A stretch of DNA of 62,479 bases, counting the filler, from Chiloscyllium plagiosum (taxonomy: Eukaryota), in NCBI RefSeq assembly GCF_004010195.1. It is 3 parts of one record of this genome, joined end to end, with 100 filler letters (N's around TTAATTAATTAA, not from the genome) between each part and the next. Parts side by side here need not be neighbours in the genome. Positions count along the whole stretch, not along the records: positions 15,486 to 46,379 come from NC_057712.1; 2 more parts are not named here. One strand, written 5' to 3'. Of this stretch, positions 26,258 through 39,961 are shown one piece after another. The notes under the pieces were generated by a model, which made no database searches, was not told the origin of the DNA, and was given only the letters and a program-made list of their open reading frames with translations. Made by a program: the position numbers and the translations under genes. How positions within the stretch are numbered: position 1 is the first letter of the stretch; every line of letters begins with the position of its first letter.

Positions 26258-27209
26258 ATTGAGGAAGATTGCCTCTGCTATTTCTAGACATTGGGATTGG
26301 ACAGATGAATCACGATGGTGTCTTGCCTATAAAAATATTGCAGAATTACTTGCCTTAATTGCTCTGTGATGAGTTATTGGTCAAACATTTTGTGCAGTAT
26401 TTTTCTCAAAAACAAAAAAAAAGCTGTCTTTTTTTTCTGATCTGTTTGAATCACGTGCAGAGGAGCCAGACTTCTGGAAATTTCTCCAAGTAAGGCTAGG
26501 CCAGAAGTGGGAGGCTGGAAGGGTACAGGATGCAAATAATTCTCAAATGATGTCAGGCTCCCCAATTTCTGAAGAGTTATGGAAAGATATCCAAAAGATA
26601 CTTAAAAAGGGTTTCAGAATTGCATGCCTTATTTAACCCATCTTTAATCACCATGGCCCATGCCCTGAAGGAACAGATTTTGGAAAAGCTTCAAGATATT
26701 TGATTTTCCAATGGATTCTGTAGGGAAAAGATATAGCAGTTAGATAATAGTAATCATCCACCAGTGAATAAATTGATCAATGAGTCACACCAGGAAACAA
26801 TTGCTTGGCTGTACAGATGTGTGTGGAAAATTTATGATGGGATGTGAGTTGCAGAATTCTAAGCAGGAAAGAGAATAACAGAATTGTAGTACAAAATAGA
26901 GCTCAGGAACATACAGGCTCAGAAATATTGAGACTCTCCTGGGAGTTAATCACATCTTTCCATCATAACCTCATTAGAAATACAGAGATATATCCTTATT
27001 ACCCCAAATAAAGCTGCCTCCAAATGTCCGGTGAAGTTACAAAGACAGCGTGGGAACAGATACAAGAAAAATTCTGGTAATCTTCATAAAACTTGTTTTA
27101 TTTTATGTTTTATTGCTTGATGGTCAAAAAGGAAGTGTTGCCTTATTTAAATGCACTTTTTATATTAAACTATTTTAATTTTATGTTTTTACAAAGCTTG
27201 CTTTAAAAA

Positions 27210-27620
27210 AAACAGATGATTTTATTAGATTGAATTATGGGGGAAAATGAGAGAAAAGGAAAGAAAAGAGTTTCTTTAAAAATCACTTGAAGAATAGCTG
27301 TGATGCAACGTGATGGCAAAGGTAGAGAGAGACTGGAAATAATTGGTTTGGAGTTTGCAATGGGAATGATAGTGAGGCTGTTAGAGATCACTGGTATAGT
27401 GGAGTTAATCAGACAGCAACCTCTGGGATGCACATACACCAGGCTTTTCCAATCTATTGAATGAAGGTAATGCTGTTGTGACACAGAATGGACTTCCAAA
27501 ACGTGCATAAAAAACTTGTGAGCAAAGTTGAAGCTCGTGGTATAAAACCGTAACAGCAACATGGATATAAAATTGGCTAAGTAGCTGATAACAGAGAGTA
27601 ATAGTTAATAGATATCTTGC
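27210..27620 (+). mobile_element. Old CR1 RT fragment
   Basis: Decayed ...tctattgaatga...atggacttccaaaa...aaagttgaagctcgtggtataaaa...tggataaaaattggct. Confidence 0.55.
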
Positions 27621-28696
27621 CTCATGACAATGAATGCCTTTGAAACATTGAAATTTCTCAATGAGGTGCTGGCATAATGTGCAATAGGAAGAACAGCTCC
27701 ATGAGGGAGAAAGATAAGGAAAGTCCGGTCTCTTCCACCAATACCAGCTGTTCTTTTAAATAAGCAACTATTTGTCTTGGTGCTGCCAGGTCTTCAATGC
27801 TACCTGCAGGTTGCTGAGTGATTTACCTCGAGGTCCACTATCTGTGCCTGGTATTGGACTCAGGTTGCCAGAAGATAAGAACGTCATTAAACCTCTTGTG
27901 GTACTGCTCCCGATCCTTCAGCCTCTGACAAGTTCTGGCATCACGTTCCCACACCCCAAGGCTAAGATTCCACAGTCATCAATGGAATGGTGACCAGCAG
28001 GCAGATCAAGAGAACAAGGTGGGAATGCAGGAGTCTCCTAGAGCTATTCCCCTGCGGTGGATATTGTTGAGAGGAATGATTTCTCAGGAAAGCAGTCTAC
28101 AGCAAAATTTGTTGCACCACAGTTGGCTCTGTTATATGAGGGAGAAATTAAACATGTGGGAATGTGGGTACTCTGTTTAGAAAAGGTAGACAAAATGGTG
28201 GTGGGTTTGCATTGCTAGTTAAAGAGACAATTAACACAACTGTGAAGAAGGCTCACAGCTCCAAAGATGTGGAATCTACATGGGTCAAGCTGAGGAGCAA
28301 AAAATGTTGTTAGTGTTTGTATGTAGATCTAAAACTGTAGGAGTGATATTGAGAATTTCTCTAGGTGGGTGTCATGAAACAGGGATAGCAAATCAAATGA
28401 GATCAACCTCACTATCACTGGATTCACAACACAATGAAATTAAAACGTCCAACCTGCCCAACTGTTCCTAACAACACTTTGTGGATAATTTATATTGGAC
28501 ACTAATTTTATATATTTAAAAAAAAATAATTTGTTAGTAATAATGTAAATTAACAAATGAACAATAAGGTAATCTAGTTAATATCCATAATGCAAAGTCC
28601 AATTTTCTTTGATCATAGCCCCCACTCTCTCTCTCACACAGATAGACAGGGATAAACTAAAAAAGAAAGTAGAAGAATTGTAATTTTCCAGTTCAA

Positions 28697-29500
28697 TGGG
28701 TTGGAAAATTTGAGTTATAGAGAGAGGCCACGTGGGCAGCACGGTGGCACAGTGGTTAGCACTGCTGCCTCACAGCGCCAGAGACCCGGGTTCAATTCCC
28801 GCCTCAGGCGACTGACTGTGAGGAGTTTGCACGTTCTCCCTGTGTCTGCGTGGGTTTCCTCCGGGTGCTCCGGTTTCCTCCCACAGTCGAAAGATGTGCA
28901 GGTCAGGTGAATTGGCCATGCTAAATTGCCCGTAGTGTTAGGTAAGGGGTAGATGTAGGGGTATGGGTGGGTTGCGCTTCGGCGGGGCAGTGTGGACTTG
29001 TTGGGCCGAAGGGCCTGTTTCCACACTGTAAGTAATCTAATCTAATCTAAAAAAAAGTAATCTATTCTAAAAGGATGGGGCTGTTTTCCCTGGTGCATCG
29101 GAGGCTGAGGGGTGACCTTATAGAAGTTTATAAAATCATGAAGGGCAAGGATAGGATAAATAGACAAAGTCTGTTCCCTGCAGTGGGGGAGTCCAGAACT
29201 AAAGGGCGTAGGTTTAGAGTGAGAGGTGAAAGATATAAAAGCGACCTAAGGGGTAACGTTTTCACACAGAGGGTGGTGCGTGTATGGAATGAGCTGCCAG
29301 AAGAAGTGGTGTACACTGGTACAATTACAGTATTTAAAAGACATCTGGATGGATATATGAATAGGAAGGGTTTAGAGGGACATCGACCTCTAAAGTGCTG
29401 GCAAATGGGACTAGATTACGTTAAGATATCTGGTCATCATGGACAAGTTGGATCAAAGGGTCTGTTTCCATCCTGTACATCTCTATAACTCTATGATTCT
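28697..29500 (+). mobile_element. CR1-type LINE 3' end, interrupted by HE1 SINE
   Basis: LENLSYRER [SINE] MGLFSLVHRRLRGDLIEVYK...; 8-bp tail. Confidence 0.88.
28733..29050 (+). mobile_element. HE1-type V-SINE, young CpG-rich full-length copy
   Basis: A-box tggcacagtggt, B-box gggttcaattccc, V-domain, (taatc)n tail. Confidence 0.92.
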
Positions 29501-30199
29501 AATAAACAGTTCCATTGATAGATACCAGGTCTTTGTGAAATCCTTCGACAATGGTTTGTTCACAGTCAAATAGAACAGTTTGTCTTGCTTGAATTCCAAA
29601 ACCCCAGTTAATACCCCAGTTTCAGCAGAATTCCAGAAATATTTATTTATTTCTTACAGACAGGGATTCTTTTCTCAGAACATTCAACAACTCAATTATT
29701 GGAGAGAAAGCAATGCAATATCATCTCTAAAAGTTTCTAAAAATTATACTGCCTCCTGATAACCCAGTCAGCCTCATTTCTCTCTTGATATTTCCTCTTT
29801 CAATCAATGTTCTCTGTGATTGGCTGATTCACAGTGTTCCCTCTTGGATTGACCAAATCAATACCCAGCCAAACTGCCAGAGCTAAGCTTAGCAACAGCT
29901 CTGTGCCAATTTATCTATAGTGTTCTCAGATCAGTAATTAAGTTGCATTATGTTTTCAAACCAGTTTCCAATCAAAAACATTGGTCTTTTAAAATAAACT
30001 GTTGTTCGAAGTTCAAATTGCAATTCTTAACTTCACCGTTCCAAAGAAAAAAAGTGAGAAAAAAAAAGGAAAGCAGGTTTCTACACAGAAAATGAGTCAT
30101 GCATTTGATAAAAGTGCAGCTGGAATTAGTGGCGACTTTAATCTGTATATAGATTGAGTAAATCAAATTAATAACAATACATAACAATACATTTTTTTT

Positions 30200-30575
30200 T
30201 TCATTGGAGAAAAGGAGGAGGAGAGGGGACCTAATTGAGGTATACAAGATAATGAGAGGCATAGATAGAGTCGATAGCCAGAGACTATTTCCCAGGGCAG
30301 AAATGACTAACACGAGGGGTCATAGTTTTAAGCTGGTTGGAGGACAGTATAGAGGGGATGTTAGAGGTGGGTTCTTTACACAGAGAGTTGTGAGAGTATG
30401 GAATGCGTTGCCAGCAGCAGTTGTGGAAGCAAGGTCATTGGGGACATTTAAGAGACTACTGGACATGCATGTGGTCACAGAAATTTGAGGGTGCATACAT
30501 GAGGATCAGTGGTCGGCACAACATCGTGGGCTGAAGGACTGTTCTGTGCTGTACTGTTCTATGTTCTATGTTCTA
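30200..30575 (+). mobile_element. CR1-type LINE 3' end
   Basis: EKRRRRGDLIEVYKIMRGIDRVDSQRLFP; (tgttcta)n tail. Confidence 0.88.
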
Positions 30576-32339
30576 TAGAGTTGGAATCCCTGGAGTGTAT
30601 ATGAGATAGTTTTCTGGACCAATATTTTGAGGAGCTAATGAGAGAACAGTCCCTCCTGGACTAGGTATTGTGTATTGAGGCAGGGATAATTGACAATCTA
30701 ACTGTGCAAGGGTCCCTTAGGAATGAATGACCATAGAATGATAGAATTCTTCATCAAGGTGGAGAGTAACATAGTTGATTCTGGGACCAGGGTCCTGAAT
30801 GAGATAGAAGAAACGATGAGGTGTGAGTTGGTTATGATAGATTGGGGAATGTTACTTGAAGGCATGATAACGGAAAGGCCATGGCAAACATTCAAAGAGA
30901 TCATGGGTGAACAGCAACAATTGTGCATTCCTATATGGTGCAAAAGTAAAATGGTAAAGGTGATCAAATCATGACTTTCAAGGGAAATTAGAGTCAATAT
31001 TAGATCCAGAGTTGAGGCATGCAAATTGGTCAGAAGAAAGAAACAAGCCTGTCAACACCAACAACTGCCAATCTCCAAACACCGTCCTACAACTCATCTA
31101 CTTATCCTACTTCACCTTTGACAACTAGTTCTTCATCCAGAAATATGGAACAGCTATGGGGACCAAATATGCACCCCAATATGCCAACATGTTCATGCAC
31201 AGGTTCGAACAAGACTTCTTCTTTATGTAGGACCTCCAACCAACATTATACACCAGGTACATTGATGACATTTTCTTCCTCTGGACCCATGGCGAGGAGT
31301 CACTGATAAAACTACACAGTGATATCAACAAGTTTCATCCCACCATCAAACTCACCATGGACTACTCTTGACTATCTGTCTCATTCTTGGATACATGCAT
31401 CTCCATCAAGGATGGACACCTCAGCACCACACTCTACCACAAACCCACAGACAACCTCACAATGCTACACTTCTCCAGCTTCCATCCAAAACATATTAAA
31501 ACAGCCATTCCCTATGGACAAACCCTACACGTACACCGGATCTGCTCAGATGAGGAGGAACGTGACAGGCACCTGGAAGTACTCAGGGATGCCCTCATAA
31601 GAACGGAGTACGATGCTCAACACATCGACCGTCAGTTCCCACATGCCACAGCAAGGAACCGTAATGACTTCCTCAGGAGACAGACATGTGCTGCAACCGA
31701 CAGGGTACCCTTCGCTGTTGAGTATTTCCCAGGAGCTGAAAAACTGCGTCATGTTCTTCGTGACCTGGTACCCATTATCAATGAGGATGAGCCCCTCGCC
31801 AAGACCTTCCCTGCAAATCCACTGCTTGCCTTTAAACAATCACCAAACCTCAAACAGATCATTGTTCGTAGCAAGCTGCTCAGCTTTCAGGACAACTCCA
31901 TACAACTCTGTCATGGTAGGCGCTGCAAGACGTGTCAGAGTGTGGACATAGATACCACCATCACGCATGGGGACACCTCCCACCATGTACGTGGCAGGTA
32001 CTCATGTGACTCAGCCAACGTTGTCTACCTTATACGTTGCAGGCAAGGATGCCCGGAGGCATGGTACATTGGGGAAACCGAGCAAAGGCTACGACAACGG
32101 ATGAATGGGCACCGCACAACAATCAACAGACAGGAGGGTTCCCTCCCAGTTGGGGAACACTTCAGTGGTCCAGGACATTTGACCTTGGACCTTCAGGTGA
32201 CAATTCTCCAAGGCGGACTTCGGGACAGGCAGCAGCGAAAAATGGCCGAGCAGAGACTGATAGCTAAGTTCGGTACCCATAGGGAGGGCCTCAACTGGGA
32301 CCTTGGGTTCATGTCACATTACAGGTGACCACCATTGCA

Positions 32340-32495
32340 CTATACACACACACAGACACTCCTACATACACACACAGGTGCTCCTATACACACACATACA
32401 CACGGACACTCATGTACACAGACACGCACGCAGACACTCACACACACCCTTACAGACACACACTCCCACACTCACACATGCACACATATACATAT
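32340..32495 (+). repeat. Degenerate (CA)n microsatellite in Penelope 3'UTR
   Basis: Seen directly. Confidence 0.85.
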
Positions 32496-32872
32496 ACGTT
32501 TGTGGGTTGAATTTGGACTTGCAGAGTTACATTGTACTTTGCTCAAAAACTGCATGAACTCATGTAAAACTCTGTTAGGTCACTTTTTAGTTTACAATCA
32601 GTCTAAACATTATGGCAAAGACAGAGAACACAGGGGGCTAACACCTTCAACATATTGTCTAGCTAACACCCATTGTTATAGTTAACTGGAGAAAGCAACT
32701 TTAAAAAAAAGGTTTTGTGATTTACACATGAAAGAAGTGAAGCTATCATAGTTTTCTAACAGATGAAAGCCTCAACAAACAATTAAGGTATTATTCAATG
32801 TATAATTTCAGTTACTTCACACTGTAAACTTTTGCTATAAATTCTGTGTCTGACAATTGTGACCTCCACAAC

Positions 32873-32907
32873 CACCTGATGAAGGAGCGACGCTCCGAAA
32901 GCTAGTG
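32873..32907 (+). ncRNA. Minimal type I hammerhead ribozyme motif
   Basis: CAC-CTGATGA-a-GGAGC gac GCTCC-GAAAG-CTA|GTG: complete core, 5-bp stem II, palindromic AGCT stem III, 3-bp stem I. Confidence 0.75.
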
Positions 32908-33480
32908 CTTCCAATTAAACCTGTTGGACTATAACCTGATGTTGTGGGATTTTTAACTTTGTGCACCCCAATCCAACACCAGAATCTCCAAATCCTGAGG
33001 AATGGGAGCAGTTTAGAATTCAGTAAAGGAGGTCAAAGGGATTAATTAAGTAAAAGAAGGTAGAGTACAGGAGCAAAGTTGCGGGAAACATAAAAACTGA
33101 CTGTTAAAAGTTCTACAGTTTCTACAGCATTGGTTACCTGCTATGTTTAAATCAGGCTTGTATTTTACCAGACCAGGCAATACCTTCCGCTGCTCACTGA
33201 GCACCACCATGACAACCACCTCTTGGTTTGAACAGATTCTCTATACAGAGTGGTGCTGACACAGATGTCCTAAGTGTCGGAAATTATTGCTGCAGAGCCG
33301 ATGGAAGGTTTGTGGCTGTGATAAATGTAATGAACATTGGGTGTTTTCATTTATTGCTGACTGTCAAAACAATACGTCATCCTTTTCTCATTTTCATTTG
33401 TACAGTCACTATGCAACATAAGTGAGGCAGCTTCACCAACAGGCTAAACAAAGCTCCCTGCAAGTCAACGTTCTCAGTCT

Positions 33481-34086
33481 TAGAACATAGAACAGTACAG
33501 CACAGAACAGGTCCTTCAGCCCATGATGTTGTGCTGACCATTGATCTTCATGTAAGGTAAATCTAATGTATGCACCCTCAAATTTCTGTGACCATATGCA
33601 TGTCCAGCAGTCTCTTAAATATCCCCAATGACCTCGCTTCCACAACTGCTGCTGGCAACGCATTCCATGCTCTCACAAGTCTCTGCATAAAGAACCTGCC
33701 TCTAACATCCCCTCTATACTTTCCGCCAAACAGCTTAAAACTATGACCCCTCATGTTAACAATTTCTGCCCTGGGAAAAAGTCTCTGGCTCTCAACTCTA
33801 TCTATGCCTCTCATTATCTTGGACATCTCAATTAGGTCCCCTCTCTTCCTTCTTTTTTCCAATGAAAAAAGTCCGAGCTCAGTCAACCTCTCTTCATAAG
33901 ATATGCCCTCCAGTCCAGGCAGCATCCTGGTAAACCTCCTCTGAACCCTCTCCAAAGCATCCACATCTTTCTTATAATAGGGCGACCAGAACTGGACGCA
34001 GTATTCCAAGTGCGGTCTAACCAAAGTTTTATAGAGCTGCAACAAGATCTCAAGGCTCTTAAACTCAATCCCCCTGTTAATGAAAG
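33481..34086 (-). mobile_element. CR1-type LINE 3' end
   Basis: ORF 33578-34045 LYKTLVRPHLEYCVQFWSP...LLDMHM; (tagaaca)n on plus strand. Confidence 0.92.
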
Positions 34087-35479
34087 TCTTGTTGAATCAG
34101 AGTCTATGAGATAAACCTGGACTGTGATTCCAGTTCATTCACATCACTGTACAGAATTGCAGAGGTTATATCACAGTAATAAGCTGTTTGGTGCAATAAG
34201 TCCATGCTGCTAACATATTCTCCCAACAATCGACACAATCCCCAGACCCATTCTGTGTGCGTATCAGTAGACCGCTTTGCCCTCAGTCTCTGTTTAGCTT
34301 ATTCTTACATGTTGACATTGGGGGATAATTTCAAACTGCTGACTGGGAGGAAACAGATAGCGGCCCACATTATGTTCCTGTTATGTGGTCGTAAAACTTG
34401 CTTGATTGTCCCTGTCAATACTCATACTGCTATGCTGCAACATCATTAGATTGCCATTTTAGGTCTCAAATGGACAAAACTTTGCTCCATTGGGTATTCC
34501 ATCCACGTTTCAGTCGAGGAAGATCCCAGAGGAAAGTTTTCCTCTGGAATATTGACAAAACAAGCAACTGTTGTCCTATGAAAATCCTTACGCATGCCTC
34601 CTCCCACTCCCAAGCTTTATGCTTCTTATGGGTTCGAAATCAGAGGTTTCCCTAAGTTGCAACAACAGCTTAAGGGGTGCTTGCATTCTGCCTGTAATCC
34701 ACTGGCCTGATGTCAATGAGATGTGTCACTCAGAATGGGCTAGACGTCTTGGTGAACTCTGTCAGACACTGGCTGAATGCACCAAATGGAGAGTTGCTCC
34801 CAGTCCTAGGGCTCTGCTTATTCTCCTGATCCTTTGATTGAAAATATTTCTCTGGCCGTCAGCCCTAAGTTCCTTAAGTTTAACGGTATATCTGCTGGGC
34901 CTGTTGACTGCAGGAAATTATCTGTTTTATCTAACGTATTAATCTGTCTTTTACTTTCGCAACTTTCTCCCTCTTTGCTGTTTTTGCACAATGATCTTTC
35001 CTTATATTGCACTTCCTCATGCTAGACAGGGCCTGAGCAAACTTAAAACCCTCTCGATTGCCTCAACATCTATCCAATTGTGTGGCGAGCCCAAGCATGC
35101 AGACAATACTCTAACTGTGATCATAATCAGATTCTATGCAGATTCATCATTACCTCCAATAGGATGAAAAATGACAAAAATTCATAACTGACTTTGACCT
35201 GCCTGGAATAGGTCGCAATTCTTTTTTGCTCTGTGGAGACAGAGCTTTCTACATCGCTGACCAAACCAGAGCTTGAAAAACTCGTGCTGCAGTTCTGACA
35301 ATGAAAAACCTTTTACTTAAATCATTGAGTGCAGTTTAATGATTGTACTTGACAGTAGGATGCAGTACTGAGTTTGCAAAACCATCCGATGAATGTAATT
35401 TTAACTTTAAAGTCCCCAAAATTAGCTGAAGTGATGGTGAAATAATGTTGTATCTCGACATTTGGTAAATGCTGCTTAT

Positions 35480-35498
35480 CAGCCACCAGAGGGCACAA
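35480..35498 (+). promoter_or_regulatory. Candidate CTCF binding site (CCACCAGAGGGCAC)
   Basis: Exact match to core consensus CCASYAGRKGGCRS in apparently non-repetitive DNA; motif only. Confidence 0.5.
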
Positions 35499-36589
35499 TA
35501 GGGTCAGTTGAAATGATTTATGCAGCAATCCTCTATCTCACAATCCACTCCAGCTAGACCGTGTGGAATATATGAATTAGAACAGCAGGCAGTCCAGGAT
35601 CTTCAGTACATGAGTCACTTCACCCTGGTTAGGGATCATATTTTCTTAATACTTCATTTGCTGGACTGTATCCTGTTGGTGAATTCATAGTCTGACATTT
35701 GAGGAGTTATTTTATTAAATCCCAAAGCCTTACCGACTGAGGGTTTCTTTTGGGAATATAGTCAGTTGATTCCTGTGATTTCCTATCTGTTACTACTAGA
35801 AGTGCATGCCTGAATTCCCAACTGGCATGGTTCTGTGCTTCAAGCACTTTTTTGTATTGTTGATTTTACAAATTATCTATTTTCTTTGGACTGTTTGATA
35901 TGAAGTAGATTAGATGAGTAATCTGTGGTTTACGTTGATGATGTTTTGGTATTTGAGCAGTGCTAAGGGTTCCCGTTTTTGGATTGCATTATAGTTTGGT
36001 TTTTTTGACTAGTCTAAGTCTCTCAAGTGTAAACTGCAGTAAAAACTGGATCATTGGGAACGGTAGTAGCACAGATCTGAAATGGTAACTTTGTTTGCCT
36101 TGTCATAGATGCTCCCTGACTTGCTCAGCATTTGAAACATCTGTTGTTTTTATGTCTGCTTTTTTGACTGTAACGTCAGCACAAAGATGCCCATTGTTGA
36201 GTGTCAATGCCCGATGGTGCAAGGCCACCTGAACGCTCTCTGACCTGGAACTGGCTTTGCCCTGAAAATGGACACTCAGTTACATACAGTATTTTTGTAA
36301 AGGAGGAGGAAGGCATGTGTTTTTTGGCCCCCTTACAGAAGTCAGATTTCGCTCTCAGACCACAGGTTTCTTCTGCAGTCCTGTAGTCTAACCAATGGTC
36401 GCTAACAAAAGGTAATTTTTAAAAAAAATCAGACTAGAATTCATGGGGGTGTGTGGCTAATCTGCCATTCGAAAAGCCAATTGCAAACTTTAATAATGGC
36501 TGCCCAACAATGATATTGTCAAGCGAGCATTCTTAACAAACCCACTGCGACTTCCACCCCTTGGTTCCTCAACAGCTTCTGGCCAACCT

Positions 36590-36720
36590 GATATGGATCT
36601 TGCTTATCTTTATTGCTTTACAACAGTGGCTACTTTTGAAATGCATTCAGTTAGCAGGAAAACACTTCTGGGCATCCTGCAATAATGAAAGATTGTTAAT
36701 AAATGCAAATCTGTCTGTTT
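36590..36720 (+). mobile_element. DeuSINE/L2-type 3' tail relic
   Basis: ttacaacagtggctacttttgaaatgcattc...catcctg...tgaaag...aataaatgcaaat, homologous to 56620-56722. Confidence 0.55.
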
Positions 36721-38198
36721 TTTGTCCTCTTGTTGCAGAATTTGAAAGTAGACTTTTAGCATTGGGCAATTGCTCCTGCAGTAATTTCTGTTTTTCACCA
36801 AGGTAGGTCTGTTTCTTATCACTAAGAGAATGCAATTTAAAGTATCTGGAATGTTAAACAAGTTCTTTTTGCCTTCTGCTTGTGGAGTCTCATGGCCACG
36901 TACCATATTTGACTCGATAGGAGTTCAGTGAATGTTTGCTCATAGTATCTTTATATTTGATCTATTTTGCTCCTTCAGCTTATCTATTCCTTCCATTGGA
37001 TTAGTGTAGCTCAGTGCTTTTCCGTAGTGCACAGTTGAGACAGGGAGCTTACTACGTTAGGATATGGAGTCATCCCCACGATACCAATCCACACATGTCA
37101 CACTAACAGTGTCAAAGTACCAGACTGCCTTGAATTTTAAACAATTTTCTACTCCACGATTTTATTTTTGCATAATTTTATTCGAAATTGTTAAAGATGG
37201 AGCGGAATCCAAATGAATGGAGTTCATTCAGTTTTTAATGGTACGCTTTTAAGCATCAGTAACTGAAATATGTTCGCAACAGCCCAACAAATTACACAAG
37301 ACTAAACAGACCAGTAACTTCCTGACATAGAACTACATGGTATTTCTCCATTACAGTGAAGAAGGACCATGGCAATGTGATCTTGTGTGATCACATTGCA
37401 TTTTCAAATGGCTAAAAGGATTTTGAAAAACAATTTCATAAATGCAGTGTCTCTTTTAAATATAAATTCCAATTTGCATTCCCCTTTAATGCAGTTAAGT
37501 TCAGTTTCAATGACATCACAGCAATGTGTTATTTAAGGCTTAGGAGGAATTTAGGATGTTCAGATTTATGGTGGAATTTCTGCCAGGTGGCTAGAATGTA
37601 GCTCGAGGGCTTACAAGAAAGTCTTCACCAATAATAAAAAAATGAAAGGAGCTTTCGGGAATTTTCTTTACATACAGCAGTGGGATGTTAAGACACATTG
37701 TGCCTAACAAGGATGGAATGGTAGAAACAGAATCCATGAGAGCTTTTCAGACAGAATATTTGAAACGAGAGAAAAAAATTTAAAAGATTGGGGTAAACAG
37801 CACAGTGATGGGACAAACTAGATAGGTTTTTTTTTAGACAGCCAGCAGAAAGCACGTGTTGTATTTCTGCTATGGTTTATAAATTCCTGATTCTGTAGTT
37901 CTGATATTGTGATGGCTATACAATGTAATACGACAAGTAATTTTTTTTTAAAGCAGTGGAAAGAATCAGCTATACAGGCAAATAGTTTTCTATTTTTGAT
38001 GATTTAATTGACTAGTGGTGACTAGTAGAGTTAAGTGGAATGCTATTTACAGATTTGCAATGTAATGATTGCACAGAGAAGACTGTTTCACTTAAAACCA
38101 CAGCAGTCAACACATTTTTCTGCTTTGCTTCCTTCTCTTTTTGAAGTAATTCCGTTATTACATAAATGAAAGCCAGAAGGTAAAACCTTCTTTTGTTT

Positions 38199-39961
38199 GG
38201 ATATGTGGAACAGTCCATCTTCCGCAGCTACACTGGCACCACCCCCCACCTTTTCCTCCGCTACATCGATGATTGTAATGGTGCTACCTTGTGCTCCCAT
38301 GAGGAGGTTGAACAGTTCATCCACTTTACTAACACCTTCCACCCCGACCTCAAATTTACCTGGACCGTCTCAGACTCCTCCCTCCCCTTCCTAGACCTCT
38401 CCATTTCTATCTCGGGTGACCGACTCAATGCAGGCATTTACTACAAACCGACCGACTCCCACAGCTACCTAGATTACACCTCCTCCCACCCTGCCCCCTG
38501 TAAAAACGCTATCCCATATTCCCATTTCCTTCGCCTCTGCCACATCTGCTCCCAGGAGGACCAATTCCAATACCGAACAAGCCAGATGGCCTCCGCCTTC
38601 AAAGACCCCAATTTCCCCTCAGACATGGTTGACGATGCTCTCCACCACATCTCCCCCACTTCCCGCTCCTCTATCCTTGAGCCCCGCCTCTCCAATCGTC
38701 ACCAGGACAGAACCCCACTGGTCCTCACCTACCACCCCACCAACCTCTGGATACATCGTATCATCCTCCGTCATTTCCGCCACCTCCGAACAGACCCCAC
38801 CACCAGGGATACATTTCCCTCCCCACCTCTATCAGCATTCCTGAGAGACCACTCCCTCCACGACTCCCTCGTCAGGTCCACACCCCCCACCAACCCAACC
38901 TCCACTCCCGGCACCTTCCCCCGCCACCACAGGAAGTACAAAACCTGCGCCCATACCTCCCCCACTTACCTCCATCCAAGGCCCCAAAGGATCCTTCCAC
39001 ATCTGACAGAATTTTACCTGTACCTCCACAAATATCATCGACTGTATCTGTTACATCAGGGAGACAGGACGCTAACTTGCAGATCATTTCAGAGAACATC
39101 TCTGGGACACGTGCACCAACCAACCCCATCACCCTGTGACTGAATACTTCAACTCTCCTCCCACTCCATCATGAATATGCAGGTCCTGGGGCTCCTCCAT
39201 CGCCAAATCCTTACCACCCGATGCCTGGAGGAAGAACATCTCATCTTCCACCTTGGGACCCTGCAACCACATGGGGTTAATGTGGATTTCACCAGTTTCC
39301 TCATTTCCCCTCTCTCCACCACATCCCAGTCCTAAGCCTCCAACTTGGCACCACCCTCTTGACCTGTCCATCATCTTTCCCATCTATCCACTCCACCCTC
39401 CTCTCCAACCTATCACCTTCTCCCCCATCTTTATCTGCGTATCGCATTCTCAGATAAATTCCCCCCACAGACCCACCCCCCTCCCATTTATCTTTCAGCA
39501 CCTCTGCCCACAAGCCTCATTCCTGATGAAGGGCTTTTGCCCGAAACGTTGATTCTCCTGCTCCTCAGATGCTGCCTGACCCGCTGTCCTTTTCCAGCAC
39601 CTCACTCTTGACTCTGAGCTTCAGTATCTGCAGTCCTCACTTTCTCTGAAGTGATCTCGGACTCAGCACCGCCTTCTTGATCTGCAATCTTCTTCCCGAC
39701 CTCTCCGCCCCCACCCCCTCTTCGGCCTATCACCCTCACCCTCACCTCCTTCCACCTATCGTATTCCCAGCACCCGTCCCCCAAATTCCCCCCACCCATC
39801 TTTTATCTCAGCCCCGCTTGGCACACCAGCCTCATTCCTGAAGAAGGGCTTATGCCCAAAACGTCGATTCTCCTGCTTCTCGGATGCTGCCTGACCTGCT
39901 GTGCTTTTCCAGCACCACACTTTTCAACTCTGGTTTCCAGCATCTGCAGTCCTCACTTTCT
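38199..39961 (+). mobile_element. Penelope-like element (family A): RT, frameshifted GIY-YIG, two tandem 3' repeats
   Basis: FLRYIDDC, LPFLDL, YYKPTDSHSYLDYTSSHP, AIPYS in ORF 38193-39143; 13-bp TSD ccttcttttgttt at 38186-38198 and 39962-39974. Confidence 0.92.
39518..39555 (+). ncRNA. Minimal hammerhead ribozyme motif in Penelope terminal repeat
   Basis: CTGATGA-a-GGGC tttt GCCC-GAAAC-GTT|ga; core intact, stem I weak (2 bp then mismatch); second copy near 39838 has GAAA changed to AAAA. Confidence 0.6.

Larger units (their letters stand above)
31052..32993 (+). mobile_element. Penelope-like element (family B), 5'-truncated: RT + GIY-YIG endonuclease + terminal repeat
   Basis: RYIDDIF RT motif near 31255; ORF 31387-32328 with YHKPTD, AIPYGQ, NVVYLIRC...WYIGET...RQRMNGH and EQRLI...GLN; 4-bp cctg duplication at 31048-31051 and 32994-32997. 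Confidence 0.93.
30580..33120 (+). mobile_element. Old CR1 endonuclease-region fragment split by a Penelope insertion
   Basis: Decayed DHRMIEFFIKVES motif; sequence resumes aagcctg|aggaatggg across 31052-32993. Confidence 0.65.

Noticed and set aside
28733..28810. tRNA-like sequences at SINE heads (also 3498, 23450, 52149)
   Set aside because: Continuous with V-domain and LINE-derived tail; SINE heads, not tRNA genes.
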